The position numbers and the translations under genes are program-made. From the human T2T-CHM13v2.0 reference genome, Homo sapiens: a stretch of 64,000 bases of DNA. The stretch is taken from assembly GCF_009914755.1 (NCBI RefSeq), contig NC_060932.1. The stretch is one strand, 5' to 3'. The notes beneath the pieces were generated by a model. It saw nothing but the letters and a program-made list of their open reading frames with translations. It was not told the DNA's origin and did not search any database. Every line of letters begins with the position of its first letter. The stretch's first letter is position 1. Positions 44,505 to 61,236 of the stretch are shown here, one piece after another.

Positions 44505-46012
<1,508 letters not shown>

Positions 46013-47070
46013 TGAACAATGAGATCACATGGACACATGAAGGGGAATATCACACTCTGGGGACTGTTGTGGGGTGGGGGGAGGGGGGAGAGATAGCATT
46101 GGGAGATATACCTAATGCTAGATGATGAGTTAGTGGGTGCAGCACACCAGCATGGCACACGTATACATATGTAACTAACCTGCACAATGTGCACATGTAC
46201 CCTAAAACTTAAAGTATAATAAAAAAAAAAAAAGGAAAAAAAAAGAAAAATGCCTTCAGGAAGAGCCAGGACATGAACACATGTTTTCTTAGGATAGATA
46301 CCACAAGTAACCATACAAGCTGTTGATGATAATTCAACTAATGTTTTAAAAATTGGTAAAGGCTGAGTATGGGTTAACATAAGATTATGGAATCCCTGCA
46401 AGCCACAGAGAAATGGGAGTTCACACTATTCACTGGCTCTTCTCAATAGACTACAAATTTCATCAGGTGTTCACAAGAATGATTGGAGGCAGGGTGAGAA
46501 TCCAAGAAAAATTTACTCATGGCTCATATTTCAAAGAGAAAAATAGCAGCCTGTGTAGCATTGGAATAAAGCCATAGATTCTTCACCCTACCTCTTCTAT
46601 AGCGCACATAGCTTAAGCTTGTAAGAAAAAGGCAATAAACAATGTTGGCCTTGGGACAGTGGTGAAGATCCACTGCATCTGGAGAGAAGAAATAAACATA
46701 GACTCTCTATCTCTGAAAGAAAGGCAACAATACATGCTAAGCTCAGATAAACAGCTCTCTTGCAGTTTAGGAAAGGGCAGTATCATGGAGAAGGCACCAC
46801 TATCAGGGTATTCAGGAACACAATGCCTATCTGAAACTGAGCCTCAATCCAAACAACAGAAAACACTCTGCTCCTCTCCTCAGTCAGCAGCAGGTTCTTG
46901 CTATGAGAGGACAAGAGCATGTGAAAAAATCATCTTATAGCATCAGAGAAAAGAAAAGACCTAAACCTGATAGTGGAGCAAATCCTGAGGAACATCATCT
47001 TGCACATGAGTCTCCAGTCTAAACACAAGTTACCTCTAGAACTTAAATCTTATTGTGCAGGAAAGGTAAG

Positions 47071-49647
47071 TTATATAGTTTGGATATTTCTCCCCTCTAA
47101 ATATCTTTTGGAAATGTAATCCCCAGTGTTGGAGGTGAGGCATGTAGGAGATGTTTGAATCATGAGGACGGATCCCTCATACATGGCTTAGCACTGTCCC
47201 CTTGGTGATGAGTGAGTTCACACAAGATCTGGTTGTTTAAAAGGGTGTGGCACCTCCTCCCTCTCTCTCGGTCCTGCTCTTGTCATGTGACATGCTGGCT
47301 CCCTGTCACCTTCTGCCATAACTGTAAGCTCCCTGAGGCTTCACCAGAAGCAGATGTCAGCGTCATGCTTTCTGTAAAGCCTGAAGAATCATGAGTCAAT
47401 TAAACATTTTTTTTCTTTTTTTTTTTTGAGACAGAGTCTCACTTGGTTGCTCAGACTGGAGTACAGTGGTACGATCTCGACTCACTGAAACCTCTGCTTC
47501 CTGGCTTCAAGCATTTCTCCTGCCTCAGCCTCCTGAGTAGCTGAGATTACAGGCGCCCACCACCAAAAAAAAATAACCCAGCCTCAGGTATTCTTTACAG
47601 CAATGTAAGAATGGACTAATACAGAAAATTGGTACTGAGGAGTGGGGCATTGCTATAAAGATACCTGAAAATGTAGGACCAACTTTGGAACTGGGTAATA
47701 GGACTGAGATAAGAAGAGTTTGAAGAATGCAGAAGAAAGTAGGAAGATGAGGAAATGTTTGAAACTTCTTAGAGGCTGGTTAAATGATTGAGACCAAAAT
47801 GCTGAAAGTGATATGGACAGTGAGGTCCAGGCTGATGAGGTCTCAGATGGAAATGAGGAACTTATTGAGAACTGGGGGAAAGGTCACCCTTGTTATGCCT
47901 TAGCAAAGAATTTGGCTGCATTGTGTTTATGCTGTAGAGATATTTGGAAGCCTGAACTTAAGAGTGATGACTTAGGATATGTGGGAGAAGAAATTTCTAA
48001 GCAGCAAAACATTTACGATGTGACCCAACTGCTTCTAACAGCTTATACTCAGATGCAGGAGCAAAAAAAAATGACTTAAAGCTGGGATTTATATTTAAAA
48101 AGAAAGCAAAGTATAAAACTTTGGAAAATATGTAGCTTTGCAATGTAGTAGAAAAGGAAAGCTCATTTTCAGGGGAAGAATCTAAGCAGGCGGCAGAGTG
48201 CCCACTTGCTGGAGAGATCAGCATGATTAAAAGGGAGCCAAATGCTAATAGCCAAGACAATAAGGAAAGGCCTGAAAGGCATTTTGGAGATCTTCAAGGC
48301 AACCCCTCTCATCACAGGCTCAGAGACCAAGGAGGAAAGAATGATTTCATGGGCCAGACCCCGGTCCCCACTGACCTGCACAGCCTTAGGACACTGCTCT
48401 CTGCATCCAGGCCACTCCAGTTCCAGCCTCACTCAAAAGGCCCCAGGTACAGTTCAGGTCACAGCTCTGGAAAGCACATTCTGTAAGCCTTGGTGGCTTC
48501 CATGTTGTATTAAACCTGCAGGTATTTAGCACACAAAAGTAAAAGAGGCTTGGCAACTTCTACCTAGATTTCAGAGGATACATGAGAAAGCATGGGTGGC
48601 CAGGCAGAAGCCTGTACAGGAGCAGAGCCCCCACAGAGAGCCTCTGCTAGGGTAGTGCCAAGGAAAGATGTGGGATTGGAGCCTCCACACAAGTCCTCAC
48701 TGAGACAACTGCTTAGTGAAGCTGTGGGAATGGGGCCTCTACCTTACAGCCCCTAAAATGGTAGATACACTAGCAGCTTACATCCTGAACCTGGAAAAGC
48801 CACAGGCATTCAACTACAACCCATGAAAGTGGCAACACGGGCTTCGCCCAGGGAAGCCACAGGAGTGGGGCTGCCCAAGGCCTTAGGAGCCCACCCCTCA
48901 TTCAGGGCAAATAATCAAAGGCGATTATCTTGAAACTTTAAGATTTAATGACAGCCCTGCTGGATTTCAGACTTGTGTGGAGCCTGTAGCCCCTTTATTT
49001 CGGCCAATTTGACTCCCTTTTAAAATGGAAATGTTTAATCAGTGCCTGTATCTCCATTGTATCTTGGAAGTAAATAATTTATTTTGATTTTACAGGCTCA
49101 TAGGTGGAAGGATATAAGTCTCAGATGAGACTTAGGACTTGATGTTGGAAAGAGCTAAGACTTTGGGGGACCTTGGGAAAAGATGATTGTATTTTGCCAT
49201 GTGAGAAGTACATGAGATTTGGGGGCCAGAGGGAGAATGATATGGTTTGGATGTTTGTCCCCTCCAAATCTAATGTTGAAATCTAATCCTCAGTTTTGGA
49301 GGTGGAATCTGGTGGGAGGTTCCTGAATCATCATGGGAGCAGATCCCTCATGAATGGCTTAGTGCCATTCCCTTCATAATGAGTGAGTTCACATGAGATC
49401 TGGTTGTTTAAAAGAGTGTGGTATCGCCCTCCACTCTTTCTCTTGCTCACTCTCACTATGTGACATATTGGCTGCCTGTCATCATCTGCCATAATTGTAT
49501 GCTTCCTGTGACCTCACCAGAAACAGACACCAGCAAGTTGCTTCCTATAAAACCTGCAGAACAGTGAGCCAATTAAACTTCTTTTTATAAAATAAATTCC
49601 CCAACCTCAGGTATTTCTTTACAGCAATGCAAGAATGGCCAAATACC
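47071..49647 (+). mobile_element. Complete MaLR provirus, MSTB-like: LTR (47071-47623), internal (47624-49237), LTR (49238-49647)
   Basis: Two homologous LTRs (t.atat.gtttggat...gaatgg.c.aatac.); internal starts gaaaattggtac and ends in a polypurine tract; 5-bp flanks gtaag/ataag. Confidence 0.88.
47407..47565 (-). mobile_element. 5'-truncated Alu (right arm) inside the MSTB 5' LTR
   Basis: T-run + gagacagagtctc...acaggcgcccaccacc; absent from the 3' LTR. Confidence 0.85.
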
Positions 49648-50380
49648 ATAAGCATATCAGTAACAAATCCCAAACTGAGCTTAATTTCTGACTTAAATGA
49701 CTCAAACCAAAGACTATCTTCCCCCAAAATCCTGGCAAAATTCACAGTATACCCAATTGATTCATAAAAATTACATATATCAGTCTTGTCATATAAAAAT
49801 ATTATGAGGTATACAAAAAATAAGACACAAAGAAATAAAACATATTGTCAAGGGACAGTGCAATCAATGGAACCAGACTCAGAAATGAAATAGATGTTGA
49901 AAACGTCAGGGAATTTAAAACAGCTGATTAAGATATTAAAGACTCTAGTGAAAAAGATACATAAATTGCATGATCAGGTGAATTAGCAAAGAGATCAAAA
50001 TTTTAAGAAAGAATTAATTGCAAATGTTAGAAATGAATAAAACTGTAACAGAGATGAAGCATGCCTTTGATGGGCTCATCACTAGATTTGATGCAACTGA
50101 AAAAAAAATTAGAGAACTTGAAGGTAGGTAATTAGAAATTATACAATCTGAAATACAACATGCAAACAGAGCAAGAGTAGTGGAAAAAATAATAGGTCAT
50201 CCAAGAGCTATTCAAAATATCAAACTATTTAACATTCAGTACATGTCTTTGGAATTCCAGAGAAGAGACAGAATAGGACAAAAGAAATCTTTGAAGAGAT
50301 AATGGCTGAAAATTTTCTAAAATTAATGAAAGACATTAAATCACATATCCAGAAAGCCCATAGAATATGAAACAGGATAA

Positions 50381-50421
50381 ACACACACACATACGCGTGC
50401 ACACACACACACACACACACC
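50381..50421. repeat. Interrupted (CA)n microsatellite
   Basis: Seen directly. Confidence 0.9.
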
Positions 50422-50924
50422 ACTATATATATTATATTTGAACTGCTGTAGAACAAAGGCAGAAATAAAATCTTTAAGGCAGCAAAGCTAAAAAAAAAGA
50501 CATATTATGTCAATAAAAACAAAGACTTTTGTCAGAAGCTATACAAGCCAGAAGATAATGGAGTAACATCTTTAAAGTCTCGAGAGGAAGAAAAAAAATA
50601 CTGTAAAGTAAAAATTCTATCCATGGTGAAAAGAAAAATTTTCTAATGAAGGAATCATAAAACATTTTTAGTCAAACAAGAACTGACAGAATTTATTGCC
50701 AGCATGCCTGCAGCACAAAGGAAGTTCTCTGGGCAGAAGGAATTAACCAGACAGAAATTTGGGTCTATGAAAAGAAATGGAAACTCCTAAAAATGGCATA
50801 TCAAAAAGTACATATAAAACCTTTAAAAATTATTTTTAATTATTCAAAAAGGTTATTCAAAAATCTACAGTAAAATAATAGCAATATGTATATTCTTTGT
50901 ATAGCATGTATAAAAGTAAAATGA

Positions 50925-51311
<387 letters not shown>

Positions 51312-54300
51312 CTGTTCGTATTTGAAGATATAGATGTTGATTAGCCAAAGATGCATACTATAAACCCTACGGCTACCACTGAAAGCATTTTTAAAAAGAG
51401 ATATAAGTACATAATCCAAAGTGGAGATACCATGGGATTCTTAATACTCAATTTGAAAGAAAGTGGAAAGTAAGAAAAAAATAAAGATGGAGCAAATAGA
51501 AAATAGCTAGCAAAATAGCAGATATTAATCAAAGTATATCATATAATTAGAGTAACCATAATCAAAACACACATAGGTGTATTAAAAGATGGAGATTATC
51601 AGACTGGATAAAAAAGCAAGATGCAATGTTATGTTTTCCATGTCTTCAGATAGAAAGACATACTAAGGTTTAAAGTAGAAGCATGAGAAAAGATATAACA
51701 TTCACATACTAATTTTAAAAATTTAAGTAACAATACTGCATCAGACTAAGTAGGCTTCGAAATAGAGAACATTGCCAGGGATAAAGAGGGGAATTACATA
51801 AAGGGATTTCTTCCGCAAGAAGACATAACAATCCTAAATGTTTAATCACCTAACAATAGAGCTTTCAAATATATGAAATAAAAACTGATAGAACTGAAAG
51901 GAGAAATAGACAAATCTACAACTAAAGTTGAAGTCCTCAACACTTGTCTCTCAGTAATTTATAGAACAAATATTAAGAAAGTCAATAAACATACAGAAAA
52001 GCTAAACAACACCATCAGCAAAGTTGACCCAATCGACCCTTACAGAGCAATCCACCCAGCAACAGTAGAATACACATTCTTTTCAATGTGCATGGCAAAT
52101 TTACCAAGACAGACCAAATTCTAGGCCATCAAAAGATTTTATTTGCTTTTGAAATATGTGCTTACAGGCAGATCAAGTTTGGATTATAAAGCAAAGATCT
52201 ATCTAATATATAGATATATCAGAAACTAAAATAAGCCATATCACTGTGTAATTAATTCCCCACCAGCAGACACATTAGAGGAAGCTTTGATGACTACACC
52301 CAGATATTATAAGTAGGAGAGTGACTTTTCTGACTTTTAGTACTATAAAACCATTATTCAAATTAAACCATATAGAGAAGACTAAAATATAAAACAGATA
52401 CAAGGAGAACCACTGTAAGTGTGAGTCTAATTGATGTACCCTCAGACTCTACAGTGGGCCTGAGATATACCACAAGTTATCTAAGACTCTACTTACCATG
52501 ACTTTAAACTACCAGAAGAGAGAATTTAGGTAGGTTGTATCTATTAATATACCTTTATCTGAAATTTTCTTCAGTCATCATTCTCCATACCTCTAGCTGA
52601 CTGTGTCCTCACTCTCCTAAATCCTCTATAGTCTTTGTTCTGTAAACCAGCTTCACTCTAGATAATAAGATAGGTCCTTGAATAAGTGTGCCTGTGTTCA
52701 ATTTTCTCTATATAGTTTTCATAGTTGATAATGCTAAGAAAATTCCATAACTTTTCAGTCTTTGTTACTTGACATGAAAAGTGGGGATACCAACAACATC
52801 TATCACAAGAGATTTTCTTTCAGTGAAGTTTTTGTAAGTTTTTTAATTCAAATGAAGCATTGAGTTAATGCATATGAAACAGTTAGAATAGTGTCTGACA
52901 TATAGCAAAAGTTTAATAAATATTAGTCATTATTTTTATCAGTCATCAGCAGCTTTTTGGTGTGCAAATAGAAAGAGCTTTGAAAATGGATAGATATGGG
53001 TTCAAGTTCAGCACTGCCAATTAATAGCTCTGTGAGCACAGGCAATTTACCTCCAAATTTTTACTTTAATGTCCTCATTATTTGTTCCAAACCCATTGAT
53101 TGAGCTCCTGCCATGAGCTTGCTACTCTTCCTTGTTCCTTTTGTACAAAATTTGGGTAAAGAGGATTCAAGGAGCTAAAGGATGCAAGTAAATTACTTGG
53201 GAGTGAATTGGAGGGTGCCGAAAAAATTAGTATTGCCTAGGTCATCTCTAGGTCCTAGGTCTAAGATATAAAACTATCCATTGAGAATGCAATATTTTAT
53301 ATGTTCCTCTATCCCTTGAGCTTATAAGACAACCTGAGACATAATTCGTGTCAATAACTGCTTGCTGATAAAAATGTAATTGCCATCCAAATTGTGGTAA
53401 TAGAGCATGTGGGAATATGATGTTCTTTGTGGGACCCAATGAACTATGGGCCCATCTATTCATAGTATAGTCAGAAATAGGACTCTAATACATATTGCAG
53501 TTCTTCACATCTCAAGACCTAGCATAAAATCTGTATTTTTATATTTATTACCATTCATTCATTTGGATATGTACTTGCTAGAAAGAAAGTTGAAGAAGGT
53601 GCAAAAAAAGTATGAGGGAAAACCTCCAAATTGAAAAAATATATTTTTTAAATTTGTTTATTCTCTCTTCTGTAAACTTGGAACAGATCATGATGATGAA
53701 GTATAGCCAAAGACAACCCCAAGTAAATTTTTAAATAAGCTACTGTGCAGAGATGAAGTTTGAGAGTCACCATTGGACCTAAATTCAGCAGCTTCTAGCA
53801 TTTGATTGACAACAATGAATGTTTCCCATATGTGATATCACATAGTTAAGCCCCCACCTCCCCGCAAAAGATTATGTGTGCTGTCGCACTCTTCTTTTTT
53901 AAAAATAAATATTTCTTACCCTCGAGGCCTCTCCAGACTTCCTATTTTGGGCAGTTTACACCACTTGACCCTTTCTGATTATTCTTGTCCCTCAACAGCA
54001 GACTTAAGATACAAACCTCCCTCTCTCATTATACTCCTCCTCTTTCAATCCTTATGAATGTGCCATTTACAATATTACCTTGAGTTAGGTGGATATCTCT
54101 TTGCATCTCTTATCCTAACTGCATTATGTGTGAAACTTGTTGAGACTTTAAGAATGCATTTTTAATAGGATAATAGTCTTTCCTAGTCATCCTGAGTACT
54201 CAGCATTCCCCAAAACTGCCATGTGCTCACTCTCATATCTGGGCAGCTCTGAACATGCTCTTCTTTCTACTCATCATTCTCTATTTTATCTGCCCTGGCT

Positions 54301-54408
54301 AGTGAACGCTTCACATCCCTCACAACTTGGTTCAAGCATCTGTTTTCTGCAACGACTTTATATCTTAATATGTCAGTGACAGCGCTGGACTGCTTTGTCA
54401 ACAGTCGC

Positions 54409-54870
54409 TGTGGTAGGCAGAATAATGCTCCTCCAAAGTCATCCAGGTCCAAATTCCAAGAACCTGTGAATGTGTCAGCTTACATGGCAAAACGGATTTT
54501 ACAGATATGATTATATTAGGGATCATGAAATAGGGGGATTTTTCTGGATTATTAAGATGGGCCAAATGTAATCAGAAGGGCCTTATAAAGCAAAGAAGTA
54601 GGCGAGAGAGAGTCAGAAATGATGGAAGCAGAGTTAGAGTAATGTACTTTGAAGATGGAGGCAGGTGCCACACCATGAGCAGGAATGTTGCAGTCTCTGG
54701 AAGCTGAAAAAGGCAAGGAAACAGATTCTCCCTAGAGCCTCCAAAAGGAAAACAACTCTGCCAGCAGCCTGAGTTTAGCCCAGCAACATCAGGCATCTGA
54801 CCTCCAGAACTAAGACCATAAATATGTCTTGGCTTAAACGAAATTTTTCATAACTTGTTACAGCAGCATT
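54409..54870 (+). mobile_element. MLT1D-like solo LTR
   Basis: tgtggtaggcagaataatg...cttacatggcaaaa...gattctcccctagagcctcc...ttgttacagcagca. Confidence 0.75.
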
Positions 54871-54885
54871 AAAAAAACCCAAAAT

Positions 54886-55275
<390 letters not shown>

Positions 55276-55419
55276 TTAAATGCCTATTTTCCTTAACTAT
55301 TAGTACAGGGTAAAATAAGGGCGGCTTAGCAAATTAATTATGATTAACAAATAAATACAGGGATAATTCACTGGACAATTGTTAGAAGAATAATTAGAAG
55401 TTGGATGGAACAGTGGACG

Positions 55420-56185
55420 GTGCTACAGACTCAGGGTCAGAAACATGAATTACAATTTTAGCTCTGCCACCTGCATGGAGATGAATCATTTCACCTTTGA
55501 ATCTAAGCTTCTTTACCTACAAAAAGAAATCAAGATATTCTTTGGTCTCTGAGGTACCTTCCAGCCACAAGACTATGTGACCATATGCCAGGGAATTTTT
55601 GGAAGACATGCCTGAACCGGGTCAGGGGTTGGACTGATGACCTCAGAGGTCTCTTCCAACTCAAAGATTCAATGACACAGACACAGCAGGATGCATCTTG
55701 TGTAGAAAGTATTTCTAAGACAACTGATTTTTCTGAGTCTCCTGGGAGGAGGGGAAGTCCTCTGGGAGCAAACAAAGGCACCAGTAGCTTTGGGTCAAGC
55801 CCTGCTTCAGATTCGGGCCAAAGACAACAAGAATGCCACAAAGAACATCAAAGGGCAGAATCTGGCCCTGAAACAAGAAGAGGGATGGAGGGGAAGTCAT
55901 GATCTGCAGTAAAACAAATAAATAACCTGTAAAATCACATCTGCAGACGCTCTAACGTTCTTAAATGCTTTCCAATAAGCTTTGCTGGTAGCATGCCACA
56001 AAGCCTGTCCAAGAGGATTTACAACAGATGGAGGCAGGGAATACTGACCTAGGCCTGATTCTGCTACTAACCAATTGGGTGACCTTGGGATCATCATTTC
56101 ACTTCACTGGGCTGTAAGTTTCTTATTTCAAAGTAAGAGGACTAAATTAGATGACTTCTGACCTCCCCTCTAGCCTCAAAATCTT
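55420..56185 (+). mobile_element. Cluster of MIR/MIR3 and L3(CR1)-type 3' ends
   Basis: Three variants of the tail 'gactagatgacctct.aggtcccttccaactc...' at ~55545, ~55625 and ~56140. Confidence 0.5.
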
Positions 56186-58659
56186 ACTACCTTCCAGCCC
56201 AAGCAGTAATCATGGATTCTCAAAAGCACAATGGTTAGTTTGGTATTAAACAAGCAGTCATTTGCAGCAAAGGAAGGAAGGGAGGGAGAAATGGAGGGGA
56301 GGGCTATAGGATTTTTTTTTTCCTTCTTAAACAATTTCCTTATTGTTTCCTCCTGTTTATGCAAATGCTCAAAATTAGCAATGACCACTATCCTTTCAAA
56401 TGACCCTGCTCTAGATAAAGTTGTATAGATCAGGCTTTGAGCTGCTGCTGTCTGTCTGTTCTTAGGCAAACTTCAGGCGCCGGCCTCCCAAGCATGAAAC
56501 CCCAATCCCAAGATAATGCGTGGAATACTTAATCCTCCTTTGTCCTTGGCTTTCCAGTGTGGGAATCCAGCAAGATGGAGCACCGAGCCATCTCCTAGAT
56601 TTCCCATTTTAGGACAGGTCTTGGAATAGTTTATGATGTAACTGTTTCTACCGCATTTACTTCAGACCGTCTCCTATCTAAGCCAAGATTGTTAGAGCAA
56701 GAACTTTTAGTTTTTTTGAGAAAGGCCCAAAAACAAAAATTAAAATAGGAGATGGTTTATATTTGCCAGATGTTAAAAGGTGTTCTAAGTTTGAACTTCA
56801 ATAAGTTTATAATTTTACCACGCCCAATCCTCCAGCGGCTCCCCAGATACCATATAAACACAAAGCCAACTGTGCCCATGGGATCATTTTTAGTTCCTAG
56901 ACACCAGGATATAGTTACCAGGGAAGAATGGAGGAGAATTGTAAGGATAATAAAGTTTGTTCCAAGAGCTAATTGTAAGTAATTCCATATATTTGTAGAA
57001 TGCTTTAAAGCAGAGTTTCCCCAAATATGGTATATATACATGTACTATTATACAATATGCAAAATAATTTTAGGTGGGATATATTGACTATTTCACCCAA
57101 GACTTATATCTTGACTTTTCTTATCCCTTGCTGATGGGCATTCCTGCTCTCAGAGTGTAATCCCAGGAAGAAATGCTATAAAACTTAAAATGAGGAAGAC
57201 ACATATTCCATTACCATGTTTCCTGAAAGATCTGTCACTTCCAAATTGCTGGCTTACTCCGCTGCAGTAACACCATGACTCCATCTACATGGCAGTTTCC
57301 ATTTCCTAAATCCTATTAATCATCCCTAACTTTCCAAGCATCCCCTCATCCCCAAAGCAGCTTTATATCTCTTCAAGCTCTCCCAATTTTTCAGCTTTGA
57401 CCCTTATGTGATGTCCTTAAACTAAATGTTTCTCGAAACCCCTGGCTCTAGTTTTTCAGTCACGGCCTCTTTCTAGCTTCAGTGCCCCATCCTACCATTC
57501 AATCAAAAGCCTCCATCCCATTCTACTCCAACCTTCCTTCTCAGATTGCAGTTCACTTCTTTCAGTGAGTCAACCTGCTGCCTTGGATCTTCCTCTCCCT
57601 TACTCATTCCACTCATTTCATGCCAATGTCTTGAGCCAACACAATGAAAAACTGGTCCCCAAGCCCAAGATCCATTCCTGTCTGCTCTTCCTGAACACAT
57701 CCATGAGCAACACTTTCTCTCTTAGGCCATGATCGTTTCTATAGTTTGCTCCTGTGTTTTTTTTTTCTTTCCATTAATTTCCCTTTATAAATAAATGTAT
57801 TTAAGCAAAAAAGAAGTAAAATGACTTAATAAAAGTATATTTACTAAATACTAAATAACAGTGAAAGTGATACGTGGATGTGGTCAAAATTTGGATGACT
57901 AAATGAATGACAGCTTAATGAAGACTGTCGTAGAATTACAGAATATTCTCTTTGTTTTTAAAATCTGTTTTTGGCTATCCTGTAACGGCAAGAAGGATGG
58001 GAATAATTAATCCACTGTTCAGACAAGAAAGCTAAAACTCAGAGTTTGTATGAATTTCTAATACCATGCAGCAAGCAGCTGGTAGATGCAGGACTAAAAT
58101 GAGAGCCTGCTGACTCCAAATCCAGTGACACTCTCCATGCACATGTCCTTAAATACAATTTCTTCTTAGTTGAAGATATAGATGCCAGGCATAGACTCCA
58201 GGAAAGGGTACCTCCCGGGAGTAAATATGCATAAAATATATATAAATATTCATCTCAGATAGTTTGAACATGTGTCAAATTAATAAGCAGTATGATCTAT
58301 AGCCAAGGAAAAGATAGCAAATCACTGAAATGTAAATAAGTTTCCATTAAAGAATGTGGCAGAAATATGGAACACAAATGTAACTCCAGGAAAATAAGAC
58401 TCCTACAAATTCAAATAGTAGATGTTTAAAAGGATATGTTGCCAAAAGATAAAAAATGCAGTTCCTGAATAAAGTCAAAAGAACCCAGGTAAAATCCCAG
58501 CCCCTTCGCCTACCTGCTGAGTGATGCTGGCAATAGGCCTAATATCTGTGTTTCTTTACCTTTAAGAAAGTGGCAATAACAGTATCTAGCTCCTAGAGCT
58601 GCAGTGAGGATTGAGTGAGATAATTCTCTTAAGAATAGTAGCACAGAAAATGCCCAGTT

Positions 58660-60200
58660 AGACATGGCGGCTTGAATCTATGCTTTTACTCCGTTCTTTT
58701 ATGCAAACCAATAAAATGATTGTAAAGGAATGAAGAAATGATATAAACTTACAAGAACAAAGAGGATTGGAAAGGTAATGACATCAGTTGTGAGATGTCA
58801 ACTAAATTGTTAACTATGGGAAACAAAAGGATAGAGGTAGCCAACTGATGAGAGCAGAGCAAGCTGAAAACTAAGTCCATATTAGGGATGTCAAAATCTA
58901 GTTAACATCAGAAGACCCAGAAAAGATAATGGCTCATTGGCATCCAGTGTATTTGAAAGGGGAGAAAAATGAGAGGGTTGATTGACAATATGTGTAAGGA
59001 AGAGTTAGAACCACAGATTCACTGTCTAGTCCTAATAGCCAAATAACTCCTTCTTCCCCAACACTTACTATCTACAGAGGCTCTATTACAGAAGACCAGA
59101 GAACATGGAGACACTAGGACTATCTGAGGGTGGATACAAGAAGATATATCAAAAATGTAATTTTAATTACATTTTTGTAATGTAAAATTAAGTCAAAATA
59201 TACATTTTGAAAAGTTCTATTTATGATTTTTCCCTGACACTGTCATTCAGGTCTCTATTCTCCAACTGTGACACTGGAGAATTCTTCTCCATGGAGACTA
59301 TCCGTCTCAGGAGGAAAACAAACATGCAGATACTATCACAATAAAATGGCAGATCCTCTTCTCATCACTCTGTGGTGAGGTCAACCAGTTGACAGCCTCA
59401 GTCACATACACAGCACCTCTAATTAACTTTCCAGTGCTCCATTCTAGTTATTAGTGGAGTGCCAAAAATCATAAAATAATTGAGGAAAATCTTGAATATA
59501 TAAAACAGAGAACAAGGTAAGCATTTACAAAATAAAAATATCCTTGGAATTGTTGTGAAAGCAAATATTAAAGTGTCAAGAAAAAGGGAGGATAATTGGA
59601 ATACTGCGTTGAAGAACTCTTCAGAAATTTGAAAAAATAAAAGTTGATGAGATAGACAATACTGGAGAAAGGTAAGAAAATTAGACAATCCTCTGGGGGT
59701 CTAATATCTAACAAATATTAGTTCCAGGAAAAAAATGACAGATTAGATGGGAGGAAATATCTAGGAATTTTTAAAAAATATGCACAGAACCAACATATAT
59801 GGGTTTCTAGACTAAAGGGATTTAACAAGTTTCCTACGTCATGAAAGAAGAAAGATCCACATCATGGGGCATCATGACAAAATTTAAAACTCCAAGAATA
59901 AAAAGATACTAAGCGATGCAATAGAATAAAAAATTGCCTTTAAAGCATGAAAGGTTACAATGACATTGGGCTTAATAGCAACATCAAAAACTAGAAGACA
60001 ATGGAATAATATTTTCAAACACCTGAGCAAAAATGGTTTCCAACCTAGAATCCTATACCCTTAGTCCAATGTGTGAGGAGATAACAAAGACATTTTTAGA
60101 CACTCAAGTTTCCCAAAACTGTTGTCCATCAGACAGCCTTACTCAGAAAGCTGTTGGGAATCATATACCATCAAAGTAAGTCAGCTGGGAAAGAGATCTA
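58660..60200 (+). mobile_element. Ancient L1 (L1ME/HAL1-like) 5'/ORF1 remnant
   Basis: 'aactagaagacaatggaataatattttcaaa', 'ttccaacctagaatcctataccc' resemble degenerate ORF1 ARRQW and FQPRILYP. Confidence 0.55.
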
Positions 60201-60599
60201 GAAAACAGGAGATTTTTCCCTAGGGGTACTGACAGTTCACTGCTATTGCTAACCTTTGGGGTACTGCACACTCCCATGTGTATGTCTCCAAACCTTTGCA
60301 TAGAGTCCATTTATAAAACTCTCCTCTGTTACCCAGTGTAAGTTTTGTATCTGTCTGCTGCATGACTGATATATACTTGATATGCATAATAAATGCATAT
60401 TTAACAAAGTCTAACACAACTAAGCAGATTGGGGGATTGTCAATGAGTTCAGTTTTTCATGATCCCCATTGCTTTGGAGAGACTTGCTCGAACAGGAAGT
60501 ATTCTGCCAGTCCATAGGGAAGGCCTTCCAGGTGCCAGAAAGCCCCAGAGAGATTCTCTCATGCTCCTAACTACCCAGAAACTCCATGTAGGCAATTAT

Positions 60600-61236
60600 T
60601 CTGTACTTGTGTTTTATTGCTCTAAGACAGACTCACACAAAGTTAGCAGTTTAAAATTACACCTATTTGTTTGTTTACAGTTTACATGAGTCAGCAGTCT
60701 GAGCATGGCCTAGCTAGGCTCTGTGTTTAGGGACTCACAAGCTCGAAATCATAATGTTTACCAAACTCAAGCTCATCTCATCTGGAACGAGGGATCCTCT
60801 CCCCAGCTCATTTAGTTTGTTGGCAGAACTCAGGTCCTTGTTGCTGTAGGACAGAGGCTCCCATTTCCTTGCTGGCTGCCATCTGAAGCTGCCATTCTTG
60901 GCCACTAAAATACACTCTATTTGTTGCCACATGGCTCCCTCTGTCTTAGCCAGCAGTGGAGAGTCTCTATCATGTTGAATATCTCTTATGCTTTGAGTCT
61001 CTGACTTCATTTGTCTCTAATCTGTAGATCCAGATTTAAAGAGCTCATGTAATTGGGTCAGGCCCACCTGCATAATCTCCCTTTCAATGCACTCAACTGA
61101 TTAGGGCCCCCAATTACCTCTATAAAATCCCTTTTGCCACATATCATCATATTAACAGGTCATTTCACACTCAACAGGAGGGGATAATAAAAGGGTATAG
61201 GTTATTAGCAGTTGTCTTCAAATCCTGCCTACTGTA
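60600..61236 (-). mobile_element. MLT1 (E/F-like) solo LTR
   Basis: 'ttgttggcagaactcaggtccttgttgctgtaggacagagg', 'tttaaagagctcatgtaattgggtcaggcccacc'. Confidence 0.65.

Noticed and set aside
47813-48529. ORFs in the MST internal region
   Set aside because: Fragmented MaLR internal ORF remnants, not an intact gene
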